From positions 690,133-754,132 of the forward strand of contig CAVTNP010000001.1 of assembly GCA_963736195.1 (NCBI GenBank): a DNA stretch of 64,000 bases. The letters are read 5' to 3'. Under the pieces are notes generated by a model. That model was given only the letters and a program-made list of their open reading frames with translations, did no database searches and was not told the origin of the DNA. Position 1 is the first letter of the stretch. Each line of letters begins with the position of its first letter. The translations under genes were made by a program, and so were the position numbers. This document shows positions 54,788 through 62,711 of the stretch, one piece after another. The stretch is from Ignavibacteriota bacterium. GTDB taxonomy: Bacteria > Bacteroidota > Ignavibacteria > Palsa-1295.

Positions 54788-54933
54788 TCATCCTGAGCGT
54801 AGTCTTCCGCAGCGGAGCGGAGGAAGACGAAGTCGAAGGATCTCATGCGGTTCAACTCACAGGTGAATGTCCGAAGATCCTTCGACTTCGCAAGACTACG
54901 CTGTCGCTTCGTCTTGCTCCGCTCAGGATGACA
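54788..54933. repeat. 146-bp complex palindromic element with 14-bp perfect termini TGTCATCCTGAGCG ... CGCTCAGGATGACA
   Basis: The arms share the GTCATCCTGAGCG and GAAGTCGAAGGATC modules in inverted orientation. There is a central 30-bp unique core and no ORF. It lies between ybeY and the next gene. Confidence 0.55.
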
Positions 54934-54955
54934 GATGAATAACGGATTATTCTAA

Positions 54956-55459
54956 TCAATTCTCGTTACGAAACACTTCTGTGTTTTCGGCAAATATTTT
55001 TAGTGCAACGGCGGCGCGGAGATCTTCATCGCCTACTTCGGAAAGCTCCATTGGTCCGAGCGATTCAGAGATATTCATGTACACCTGGATCGCGCCACGC
55101 GAGCTGAGCGTGAGCATCGAGAGCTTACCCGGTGCTGGACGCGAATAGAACGCCGCTTCCTCCGTGGCCTCGAGCAAACGAATTTCCTCGATGCCGTGCA
55201 ATTCCACAATTCCAAGCGCCGAAGTAACGACTACGCAAGCATCTGCAGTGGCCCCATCGCCAGCGCCCTCGGTTTCCATCAAATTGATCTCCAGCAGCGG
55301 ACTTTCGCCAGCCACCGCTCCGCCGCCCTCTGCACGAGCGGTATGATAAATAAGGATATTCGCCTCGCGCGAGCCCAGGCCCGTTTCGCGGGCGCTCGAC
55401 ATCGCGATACCCTCTAAGGTATCGGCTAGGCGTTCGATCAATTCCGGTCGTAAAAGCAT
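54956..55459 (-). CDS. Hypothetical protein
   Basis: 167-aa ORF in a high-GC region with no recognizable motifs. The overlapping alternative frames look less protein-like. Confidence 0.4.
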   Translation of the reverse strand: MLLRPELIERLADTLEGIAMSSARETGLGSREANILIYHTARAEGGGAVAGESPLLEINLMETEGAGDGATADACVVVTSALGIVELHGIEEIRLLEATEEAAFYSRPAPGKLSMLTLSSRGAIQVYMNISESLGPMELSEVGDEDLRAAVALKIFAENTEVFRNEN

Positions 55460-55657
55460 GTGTTATGAACGTACCACTTATGACTGGCGGTTCTCCGTCT
55501 ACGAAAATACGGAATAAATCGAGGGGGGCGGGTAATTCGGTCACTTGTCATTCCCGCGGATACAAGAATCCAGGCCCGGAGCTACAGTAACCATTGGATT
55601 CCCGGTTCATGGCCGATCATGCTCCTTTCGCGGGACATGCCACTCAAGTATCCCATT

Positions 55658-55690
55658 CATCCCAGCAATACCCATAAATCCAGGTTCAGA
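55658..55690. repeat. Copy of the dispersed repeat family (CATCCCAGCAATACCCATAAATCCAGGTTCAGA)
   Basis: Shares the CCCATAAATCCAGGTTCAG core with 3472-3501 and 4029-4058. Confidence 0.5.
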
Positions 55691-55833
55691 ATTTCAAAAC
55701 CAGCATTGTCCGCGTCTACCCATGCACCTGAATGGGGGCATTCATACACCTCATTGCTCAAACGTCCACGCCAAGCATATCTCGATGAAGACGTTAATTG
55801 GAACCGAAGCGAGATTCTACCGTTTCTTCTATT

Positions 55834-56076
55834 ATGGATCGATCATTCGAACAAATTCGCACGGAAGTTCTGGAATTAGATACCGAGAGCCAGCGCAGGC
55901 TTGTGGACGAGGTCGAACAGAAGCTTGGACCTTATGAACCGAATAATACTGATTTTGAAGGAGCCTACGAGAGGCTTCAGGCCTTCGACCGCGGGGAAAT
56001 GAGTTCCATTAGCGCTGAAGAGTCCGTGGCTGATGTTTATCAATTGATTGCGGCTTCAAGGCAGAAACGTCCGTGA
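55834..56076 (+). CDS. Putative antitoxin (addiction-module component, ParD-like position)
   Basis: Small acidic protein immediately upstream of a ParE/RelE-like toxin gene, overlapping it by 4 nt. Start chosen at MDRSFEQIR. Confidence 0.55.
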   Translation: MDRSFEQIRTEVLELDTESQRRLVDEVEQKLGPYEPNNTDFEGAYERLQAFDRGEMSSISAEESVADVYQLIAASRQKRP

Positions 56077-56369
56077 CGTTTCAAGTCCTTTCTGCAGCAC
56101 AAACAGATTTTGTTCGCGCCGTGCATTGGTATCTGGAAGATCAACAGACGCTTCAATCGGCAGAGCGGTTCGCACAGGAAGTCAGTCGGATCTATAATGA
56201 GATCAAGAAAGACCCGAACCGCTATCCTCCAAAACATCGAGGTCTTCGAGCCTGGCCGCTAGTGAAGTTCCCTTTCTTCGTTATTTATCGGCTGAAAGGG
56301 GAGGACATTGCCATCGCTTCCATAAAGCACAAATCCCGCGATGCGGGATATTTAGAGAGGCTGAAGTGA
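56073..56369 (+). CDS. ParE/RelE-family type II toxin
   Basis: 98 aa with C-terminal KFPFFVIYRLKGEDIAIASIKHKSRD, matching the ParE/RelE fold pattern. Confidence 0.7.
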   Translation: MTFQVLSAAQTDFVRAVHWYLEDQQTLQSAERFAQEVSRIYNEIKKDPNRYPPKHRGLRAWPLVKFPFFVIYRLKGEDIAIASIKHKSRDAGYLERLK

Positions 56370-56378
56370 GGTGAATTT

Positions 56379-58505
56379 TCACCGCATCAGCACCACCGGC
56401 AGCGTTTGCACGGTGGATGAGCGATCATCCACCTGCCCATTCATCCGAACGAGGCATTCATACACCCCATCGGGCAATCCGGTAGGATTGCCCCATATAA
56501 AGTTATGCTCTCCCGCACCCAACTCACCCGAAAACAGCCGCGCAACCTCCACGCCAAGCATATTCACAATGGATACCTCCGCATATCCAGCAGCTTGAGA
56601 TGTGAAGGTGATCTGGGTAGATTGAGAGAAGGGATTTGGGTAGATTTGAATTGACGGTTCGGTTACTGTTGAGGTTTGCGCTACGGAACTAATACCGAAA
56701 TCGGAAAGTGGAATGTCCCAAACACTGTATCCATTAGTGCCTGCAAAAAGATTCGTTCCGTTGGCAACAAGGCATGTGATGCCGTAAAAGGGAATCAGCC
56801 CAGTGTTCTTTGACTCCCATGTCGTTCCATTATCAATAGAGAAATAAACGCCACTCTTATCATCACTCACGAATAAATTCGAACCACTGGCGGTAAAAGA
56901 TGATATTCCATTACCAGGAAGGCCCGCAAATGCTTCTTTCCAACTATTGCCGCTATCAGTGGAACGATAAATGCTATCATTATAACTTACAGCAAAGAGA
57001 CTCGTCCCATTGGCAAAAAGATAATAGAAATAGCTCATTGGTGTTGCCAAACTCGTCCAGGTAGCACCAAGGTCTGTGGAGCGCAAAACCACCCCGGTTG
57101 GAAACTCATCAGGACCCTCGGCAGCAGCAAACAGAGTCGTTCCGATGGCTGCAAACAAAGACGCTCCCCCATACCCTCCGACACCCAAATTTTTTTCATT
57201 TTCGACTGTCTGAGCAATCCAGTTCGAACCGCTGTCCGAGGAATAATAGAAAACGCTATCGTTCGCAGCAAAAAGATTCGTTCCGCTTACGGTGAGTATT
57301 GTTGTAGGCTCGGTATCGATGAGAATCCAGCTTTTGCCGTTGTCCCTTGATCTAAATATTCCGCCTGGAGGGATGCCATAGGGACCATTCGCAACTGCAA
57401 AAAGAGTTGTTCCCATAACGGCCAGATCATCGACATAATATCCAGAGAGTCCAGCGGTTGACCAGCTTGTTCCATTGTCGGTTGATAGAAAGAGGCCATT
57501 GGAGGCGTTCTCGGCAGCAAAAAGATTCGTGCCCACGGTTGCGAGCACGGCAATATCAGCGTCGGTGATTCCATCCGTAGCAGCAGTCCAAGTCTCCCCG
57601 CTATCGCTTGAACGGAACACCTGATCCTCAAAAGATCCGGCAAAAAGAGTCGATCCAACTGCCTCAAGAGGGCCAAAGCCGATCACATTACTTATTCCAT
57701 CGCTGGATGAATCCCAGCTTGCCCCTCTATTTCTAGAATGCCAGAGCCTCCAAGAATCTGACACATAAATGTTCGAGTCGTCAATAATTAGAGAGGATAT
57801 ATCTGCATTCGAGAACCCATTTGTATCCGGCAACCAACTTGCCCCGCTATCTGTGGAACTCCAGACCCCCGCGCCGTGGGTACCCCCAAACAGCGTCGTC
57901 CCCATAACTGCGAGTGGAGCGAACAGGACTTGTGAGACACCTGCACTCGTCCAAGTTATTCCATCGTCTATTGATTCAACAAACCCGCCTTCGTACATCC
58001 CAACGTACACGCTTGCAAAAAGGGATGAACCGATGGAGGCAAACGAAGCGGCATTGATCCCAATAGTCGTCCAATTTTTCCCGTTGTCTGTAGAACGAAA
58101 AGTACCGCCATCTGTCGCTGCAAAGAGCGTGGTTCCATTGGAGAAGAGTGTGGAAACTAAGTACGAAGTTAAACCTGAGCCATGCCAAGTATTGCCGTTA
58201 TCAGATGTGAGATATACGCCGCTATCGGTACCTGCAAAAATATTCGTGCCCACAATCGCAAAGGTTTGAACGGCACCATTCGTGAGACCTGTGCTTGAAG
58301 GAGTCCAGCTTGCGCCATTATCTGTAGAACGAAAAATTCCATCTCCCCAGGTTCCGGCAAACAAGCTTCCGTTTTGAAATGTAAACGCTTGAACCGTCCC
58401 TCCCCATGGTCCATTCGTTTGCACCCACTGTGCGTGCAGCATACACGGCGGCATCACCGCGAGCGTGGCGAAGAGAGTGAGTGCGAGAAGCCGTTTCGGG
58501 AACAT
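56379..58505 (-). CDS. Secreted beta-propeller protein with about 14 BNR/Asp-box-like (SxDxGxTW) repeats and T9SS C-terminal sorting domain
   Basis: Signal peptide MFPKRLLALTLFATLAVMPPCMLHAQ. Repeated STDNGASWT / SDNGNTWH / STDSGASW ... motifs. C-terminal Por tail ...IQIYPNPFSQSTQITF...GVYECLV... Confidence 0.75.
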   Translation of the reverse strand: MFPKRLLALTLFATLAVMPPCMLHAQWVQTNGPWGGTVQAFTFQNGSLFAGTWGDGIFRSTDNGASWTPSSTGLTNGAVQTFAIVGTNIFAGTDSGVYLTSDNGNTWHGSGLTSYLVSTLFSNGTTLFAATDGGTFRSTDNGKNWTTIGINAASFASIGSSLFASVYVGMYEGGFVESIDDGITWTSAGVSQVLFAPLAVMGTTLFGGTHGAGVWSSTDSGASWLPDTNGFSNADISSLIIDDSNIYVSDSWRLWHSRNRGASWDSSSDGISNVIGFGPLEAVGSTLFAGSFEDQVFRSSDSGETWTAATDGITDADIAVLATVGTNLFAAENASNGLFLSTDNGTSWSTAGLSGYYVDDLAVMGTTLFAVANGPYGIPPGGIFRSRDNGKSWILIDTEPTTILTVSGTNLFAANDSVFYYSSDSGSNWIAQTVENEKNLGVGGYGGASLFAAIGTTLFAAAEGPDEFPTGVVLRSTDLGATWTSLATPMSYFYYLFANGTSLFAVSYNDSIYRSTDSGNSWKEAFAGLPGNGISSFTASGSNLFVSDDKSGVYFSIDNGTTWESKNTGLIPFYGITCLVANGTNLFAGTNGYSVWDIPLSDFGISSVAQTSTVTEPSIQIYPNPFSQSTQITFTSQAAGYAEVSIVNMLGVEVARLFSGELGAGEHNFIWGNPTGLPDGVYECLVRMNGQVDDRSSTVQTLPVVLMR

Positions 58506-58600
58506 AGTGTGCCTATAGAAAGCCGCGCGGGAAGTTAAAAGTGCCCCTGCGAAAGGTCAATTCGGAGTACCTAACCTCCGGTGGAATCATGGGGATTCAT

Positions 58601-58738
58601 GGAAGCAGCGCTTCCATGCACACAACAACAGTGTTTGTGTGGAGGGAAGCGCTGCTTCCCTCATTCCCCAATCCCAACCAGCGTTACTTCCCTCATTCCC
58701 CAATCCCAACCAGCGTTACTTCCCTCAATTCCACTTCC
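58601..58738. repeat. Structured repeat region upstream of htrA: a 15-bp inverted repeat pair (GGAAGCAGCGCTTCC / GGAAGCGCTGCTTCC) followed by a 32-bp tandem repeat x2.5 (CCTCATTCCCCAATCCCAACCAGCGTTACTTC)
   Basis: Two perfect unit copies at 58659-58690 and 58691-58722 plus a partial copy. The track ORFs here (58541..58813, 58581..58838) are repeat-derived. Confidence 0.6.
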
Positions 58739-58940
58739 ATCCCCCATACCATCCGGTGTAGCTTCCCCTATCATGGTTGGATTTATCTTCATTCACCAAG
58801 TCTTCATTGGTGAAACAAGAAATTGCCCGTTACGTTAGAAAACTTCACCTTATATGGAGCGCGCCTTTACGCAGCCTTATGGCGTATCTGGGGGCTCCAG
58901 GTTAGCCACTCATTCACCAAATTTTTATCAGGAGTCAAAT

Positions 58941-60554
58941 ATGTTAAAGAAACGACCATTAGTAGCAGCCATCTTTTTGGTGGTGCTCGGTTTGGTATTC
59001 GGAGCGACTTTAGTGACTGGCTTTGGCAGTTGGAAAGGCATGAACCTTGCTTTTGGCGCCAATCAGCCTGAGCTTGGCGGTCCGATGCCGGATCTTCCGA
59101 ACGACCAGGCGCTCGCCAGCATGAACGGATCGTTCGTAGCTATCGCAAAGGCGGTTCAGCCGACGATCGTCCAGATCAATGTGAAGACCGAAGCGCCAAA
59201 GCTCACCAAGAACGAGCAAAATAACGACAACAACCCGTTCAAGCACTTTTTCAACTTCGGCAACGGCGATGATGGCAATGGTGGTGGTGGCGATATGCCG
59301 TTCTTCCAATTCCCACCTCAGCAGCGCGGCCCGGAAGAGGGGATCGGCTCTGGAGTGATCATCACGAGCGATGGATATATCCTTACCAATAACCACGTGG
59401 TAAAGGATGCTGCCAAGAAGGGCGGTATCACCGTTCAAATGACCGACAAACGAGTTTTCGATGCACATGTTGTTGGCACCGACCCAACCACCGATCTTGC
59501 GGTAATTAAAGTGGATGCATCTAATCTGCCTGTTGCGGCGCTTGGCAATTCTGACGATCTTGCCGTCGGGCAGGTAGTATTGGCTGTTGGAAATCCTCTG
59601 GGCCTTGAATCGACAGTTACCGAGGGTATTGTTTCATCGCTTGGCCGTCCTTTGGATATTCCAGATGAAAAAGGCACGCACAATGGTTATAGTATCGCGA
59701 ATTTTATTCAGACGGATGCCGCGATCAATCCAGGGAACTCTGGCGGTGGGCTGTTCAATATCAAGGGCGAAGTCATTGGAATCAATTCCGCCATTGAATC
59801 GACGACCGGCATGTTCGCCGGATATGGATTTGCTATTCCGATCAATATGGCAAAAGTGGTTGCGACGGATCTTATCAAGTCCGGCAAAGTGAACCGTGGC
59901 TACATCGGAGTCAATATTGGAACCGTCGATCAAACGACTGCCCAGGCGCTAGGTCTTGACAAACCGCGCGGCGTGCTCATCGATCATGTCGTGAAAGATG
60001 GCGCCGGTGAAGCAGCCGGACTCAAGGAGCACGACGTCATCCTTTCGGTCAATGGCACGGAGACGAACGAGCGCAATCAATTGCAAGCTCTGATCGGCAT
60101 GCACCGCGCCGGCGATCACGTTACACTTCATATCTGGCGCGATGGAAAAGAAATGGATAAGACCGTTACGCTCAAGCCGCGCGAAGAGATAGCTGATAAG
60201 GATTCCGACGAAAATGGCGATGAGTCGCAAGGCGATGCACAGGAAGAGTCGGCGAAATCAACTGCTACGCTCGATAATATTGGGCTCGCAGTCCGCACCG
60301 TGACTGCCGATGATAAGGATAAATATCACGTCACGAACGGAGTACTTATCACAAGCGTGGCTCCGGCATCCGAGGCAATGGATCGCGGCTTGGGACGCAA
60401 TGCAGTCATCACGGAAGCGGCGCACCAAAAGGTAACCGATGCCGGGAAGTTCGAGAAGATCATCAAAGATAACGCAGGCAAAGCCGTCGGCTTGAACGTC
60501 GTTGATGATAAAGGGGACTCGCACTTCTTCGCGATCAAGGTTCCAAGCGAGTGA
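58941..60554 (+). CDS. htrA: Periplasmic serine endoprotease DegP/HtrA (trypsin-like domain plus two PDZ domains)
   Basis: Catalytic triad blocks TNNHVV, DLAVIKV and GNSGGGLFN. SD AGGAGT 7 nt before the ATG at 58941. Confidence 0.9.
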   Translation: MLKKRPLVAAIFLVVLGLVFGATLVTGFGSWKGMNLAFGANQPELGGPMPDLPNDQALASMNGSFVAIAKAVQPTIVQINVKTEAPKLTKNEQNNDNNPFKHFFNFGNGDDGNGGGGDMPFFQFPPQQRGPEEGIGSGVIITSDGYILTNNHVVKDAAKKGGITVQMTDKRVFDAHVVGTDPTTDLAVIKVDASNLPVAALGNSDDLAVGQVVLAVGNPLGLESTVTEGIVSSLGRPLDIPDEKGTHNGYSIANFIQTDAAINPGNSGGGLFNIKGEVIGINSAIESTTGMFAGYGFAIPINMAKVVATDLIKSGKVNRGYIGVNIGTVDQTTAQALGLDKPRGVLIDHVVKDGAGEAAGLKEHDVILSVNGTETNERNQLQALIGMHRAGDHVTLHIWRDGKEMDKTVTLKPREEIADKDSDENGDESQGDAQEESAKSTATLDNIGLAVRTVTADDKDKYHVTNGVLITSVAPASEAMDRGLGRNAVITEAAHQKVTDAGKFEKIIKDNAGKAVGLNVVDDKGDSHFFAIKVPSE

Positions 60555-60576
60555 TCGGAACGACAACCAAAAGTAC

Positions 60577-60614
60577 GAAGGCCCCCCTCACTTTAGTGGT
60601 GAGGGGGGCCTTCT
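60577..60614. terminator. Long perfect hairpin GAAGGCCCCCCTCAC-tttag-GTGAGGGGGGCCTTC between convergent htrA and pirin genes
   Basis: A 15-bp perfect stem. It lacks a clean T-tract but is positioned as a bidirectional terminator. Confidence 0.55.
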
Positions 60615-60652
60615 GCCAATGGGCTATATTTAGGTGCTCTATTATTTTAAGA

Positions 60653-61531
60653 CTACGCTCCGAACTTACCGGCGTTGTAATCGTCGAACGCCTGGAAGAC
60701 TTCTTCACGCGTGTTCATCACGAACGGGCCATAGCGCGCGACGGGCTCATTGATCGGCTCTGCGCCGAGCACGATGAGTTCGGCGGCTTCATCGGATGTG
60801 TTGGCAATTGCGAGTTGGTTACCATCGGAAAGAATTCCTAATTGACCCGCGTTCAGGCGCGAGGCATCTTTGCCCACGCTGATGCTGCTGCGGAACACGT
60901 AGAGCATGATATTTTGTCCTGAGGGAACCTCAAGCAAGGCATGTCCGCCAGGCTGAACGGTGTAGTGTAAATAGAGGATCGGCCACGTTGTATTGATCGG
61001 CCCACGAACGCCGGCAGCCTCGCCTCCAAGAACTTTTAATTTGTAACCGCTTTCGGCATCTTCAATGACTGGAATGGAATCCGCCTTAATGCGTAACGAT
61101 TGCGGCGGTATCATTTTCTTTGCTGCCGGAAGATTCACCCATAATTGAAATCCGCGCATGAACCCACCGTGCTGCCGGGTGTATTCCGTTGGGCCGCCGC
61201 CGTGAATGATGCCGCGTCCGGCGGTCGTCCATTCGACATCACCGGCGTAAAAGTCTTCCGCGAAACCGGTAGAATCATGACTTCGCGTCTCGCCTTCCAG
61301 GATGTAGGTCAGCGTCTCGAATCCGCGGTGCGGATGGTCGGGGAGGCCATCTTCGTCACCGGGGTTGTGTTGGATCGGTCCAGCTTCATCGAGCAGAAAG
61401 AACGGATCGACATGATCGAGCGATCGCGTCGGGAAGGGCCGGCGCACCTGAAATCCGCCGCCTTCAATGGTGATCTCGCCATTTACGATGCGATCTAATT
61501 CTCTGGTATGAGTCTGTGTGAGTATATCCAT
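60653..61531 (-). CDS. Pirin-family bicupin protein
   Basis: HPHRGFETLTYILEG metal-binding motif and two cupin halves. Confidence 0.85.
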   Translation of the reverse strand: MDILTQTHTRELDRIVNGEITIEGGGFQVRRPFPTRSLDHVDPFFLLDEAGPIQHNPGDEDGLPDHPHRGFETLTYILEGETRSHDSTGFAEDFYAGDVEWTTAGRGIIHGGGPTEYTRQHGGFMRGFQLWVNLPAAKKMIPPQSLRIKADSIPVIEDAESGYKLKVLGGEAAGVRGPINTTWPILYLHYTVQPGGHALLEVPSGQNIMLYVFRSSISVGKDASRLNAGQLGILSDGNQLAIANTSDEAAELIVLGAEPINEPVARYGPFVMNTREEVFQAFDDYNAGKFGA

Positions 61532-61857
61532 AATAATTTTTCTAAGTTAGTAAAGGAAAAACGAACGAGCGAGATATTTGTTTCAACAGGCAATAATAGG
61601 GCTATCGGGTCATCAACTTTTTGCCTCACTTGACTTTGGCAAAATAATTGCTATATTGTGGAAGTGAATGATGCGCATGCGTCGTTCTAAGAATGTACAT
61701 TCTCACTAAACAACGAACCATCGTGAGGCGAGCAACGGACGGGCGGTAACAAGTGCAGGAGCAGCAAGCTCATGGTGCTTGCTGTTTGGATACTCGTTTC
61801 CTTCTTTGCCGCTGTTCCTTACGGAACTCTCCTGAATGGAGGAAAGGGAAGGAAACT

Positions 61858-62598
61858 ATGCTTATAACATTTGAAGGTATTGATGGAAGCGGTAAGTCGT
61901 CTCAGGCGAAACTTGTTGCCGATCGCCTGAGCGAGCAAGGAATTGAATGCTTGCTCGTCCGGGAACCTGGTGGTGCGGAATTATCCGAGCAGATCAGAAC
62001 CATTTTGCTCGATGCCAAACACAAAGCGCCTGTTGCCCATGCCGCGGAATTATTATTGTTTGCCGCAAGTCGTGCTCAGCTTGTCGAGGAAGTGATCGAG
62101 CCGGCCTTGAAGCGCAATGCCGTGGTGATCTGCGACCGCTTCACCGACTCGACGATCGCCTACCAGGGCTACGGGCGGGGGTTGCCGCTGGCCTACATCC
62201 GCAGTGTGAACGATCTTGCGACCGGCGGACTGATTCCCGATATTACATTCCTCATCGATGTGCCCATCGAAATGGCTATCCAACGCCGCAAAGGTATGGG
62301 GGATGATAGGATGGAATCTGAAAGCAGACTATTCTTCAGCCATGTGGTACAGGGCTATATGGCGCTTGCACAAAAGCATCCGGATCGCATTCATGTGATC
62401 GATGGATCGGACTCGATGGAGGATATTCACCATACCATCGTTCGGCTTGTGGAGTACGAACTGGGAAACGACTTACGGCATGCGCATCGCATCAATAAAG
62501 GCTTGCGTCGTGCCGAGAACATCCCTGCACAATTGCTTTCTGCTCGCAGCGAACTTGCCTATTCGCTCGATGGGCAGGCGGAAGTAATGGCAAATTGA
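61858..62598 (+). CDS. tmk: Thymidylate kinase
   Basis: P-loop ITFEGIDGSGKSS, DRF..S..AYQG and lid blocks. SD AAGGAAA before the ATG at 61858 (the track ORF begins at 61753). Confidence 0.85.
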   Translation: MLITFEGIDGSGKSSQAKLVADRLSEQGIECLLVREPGGAELSEQIRTILLDAKHKAPVAHAAELLLFAASRAQLVEEVIEPALKRNAVVICDRFTDSTIAYQGYGRGLPLAYIRSVNDLATGGLIPDITFLIDVPIEMAIQRRKGMGDDRMESESRLFFSHVVQGYMALAQKHPDRIHVIDGSDSMEDIHHTIVRLVEYELGNDLRHAHRINKGLRRAENIPAQLLSARSELAYSLDGQAEVMAN

Positions 62599-62607
62599 AA
62601 ATTAAAA

Positions 62608-62710
62608 GCCCCTCTCCCTGCAGGGAGAGGGGTTGGGGTGAGGTTTTTCGGATTATCGACCGGCCTCATCCCTTTGCCCCCTTCTTCCCTGCTGGGAGAA
62701 GGGGGTTTTT
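62608..62710. terminator. Pair of GC hairpins (GCCCCTCTCCCtgcaGGGAGAGGGG and CCCCCTTCTTCCCtgctGGGAGAAGGGGG+TTTTT) between convergent tmk and the T9SS gene
   Basis: Each hairpin has a T-tract on one side and an A-tract on the other, so together they act as bidirectional terminators. Both belong to the GC-hairpin family (GGGGTTGGGG tail). Confidence 0.6.
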
Positions 62711-62711
62711 A

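Noticed and set aside
58541-58838. Two overlapping plus-strand ORFs (90 and 85 aa) upstream of htrA
   Set aside because: Their sequences are generated by the 32-bp tandem repeat and inverted repeats (repetitive SLIPHSPIPTSVTS peptides). They are more likely regulatory DNA than genes.
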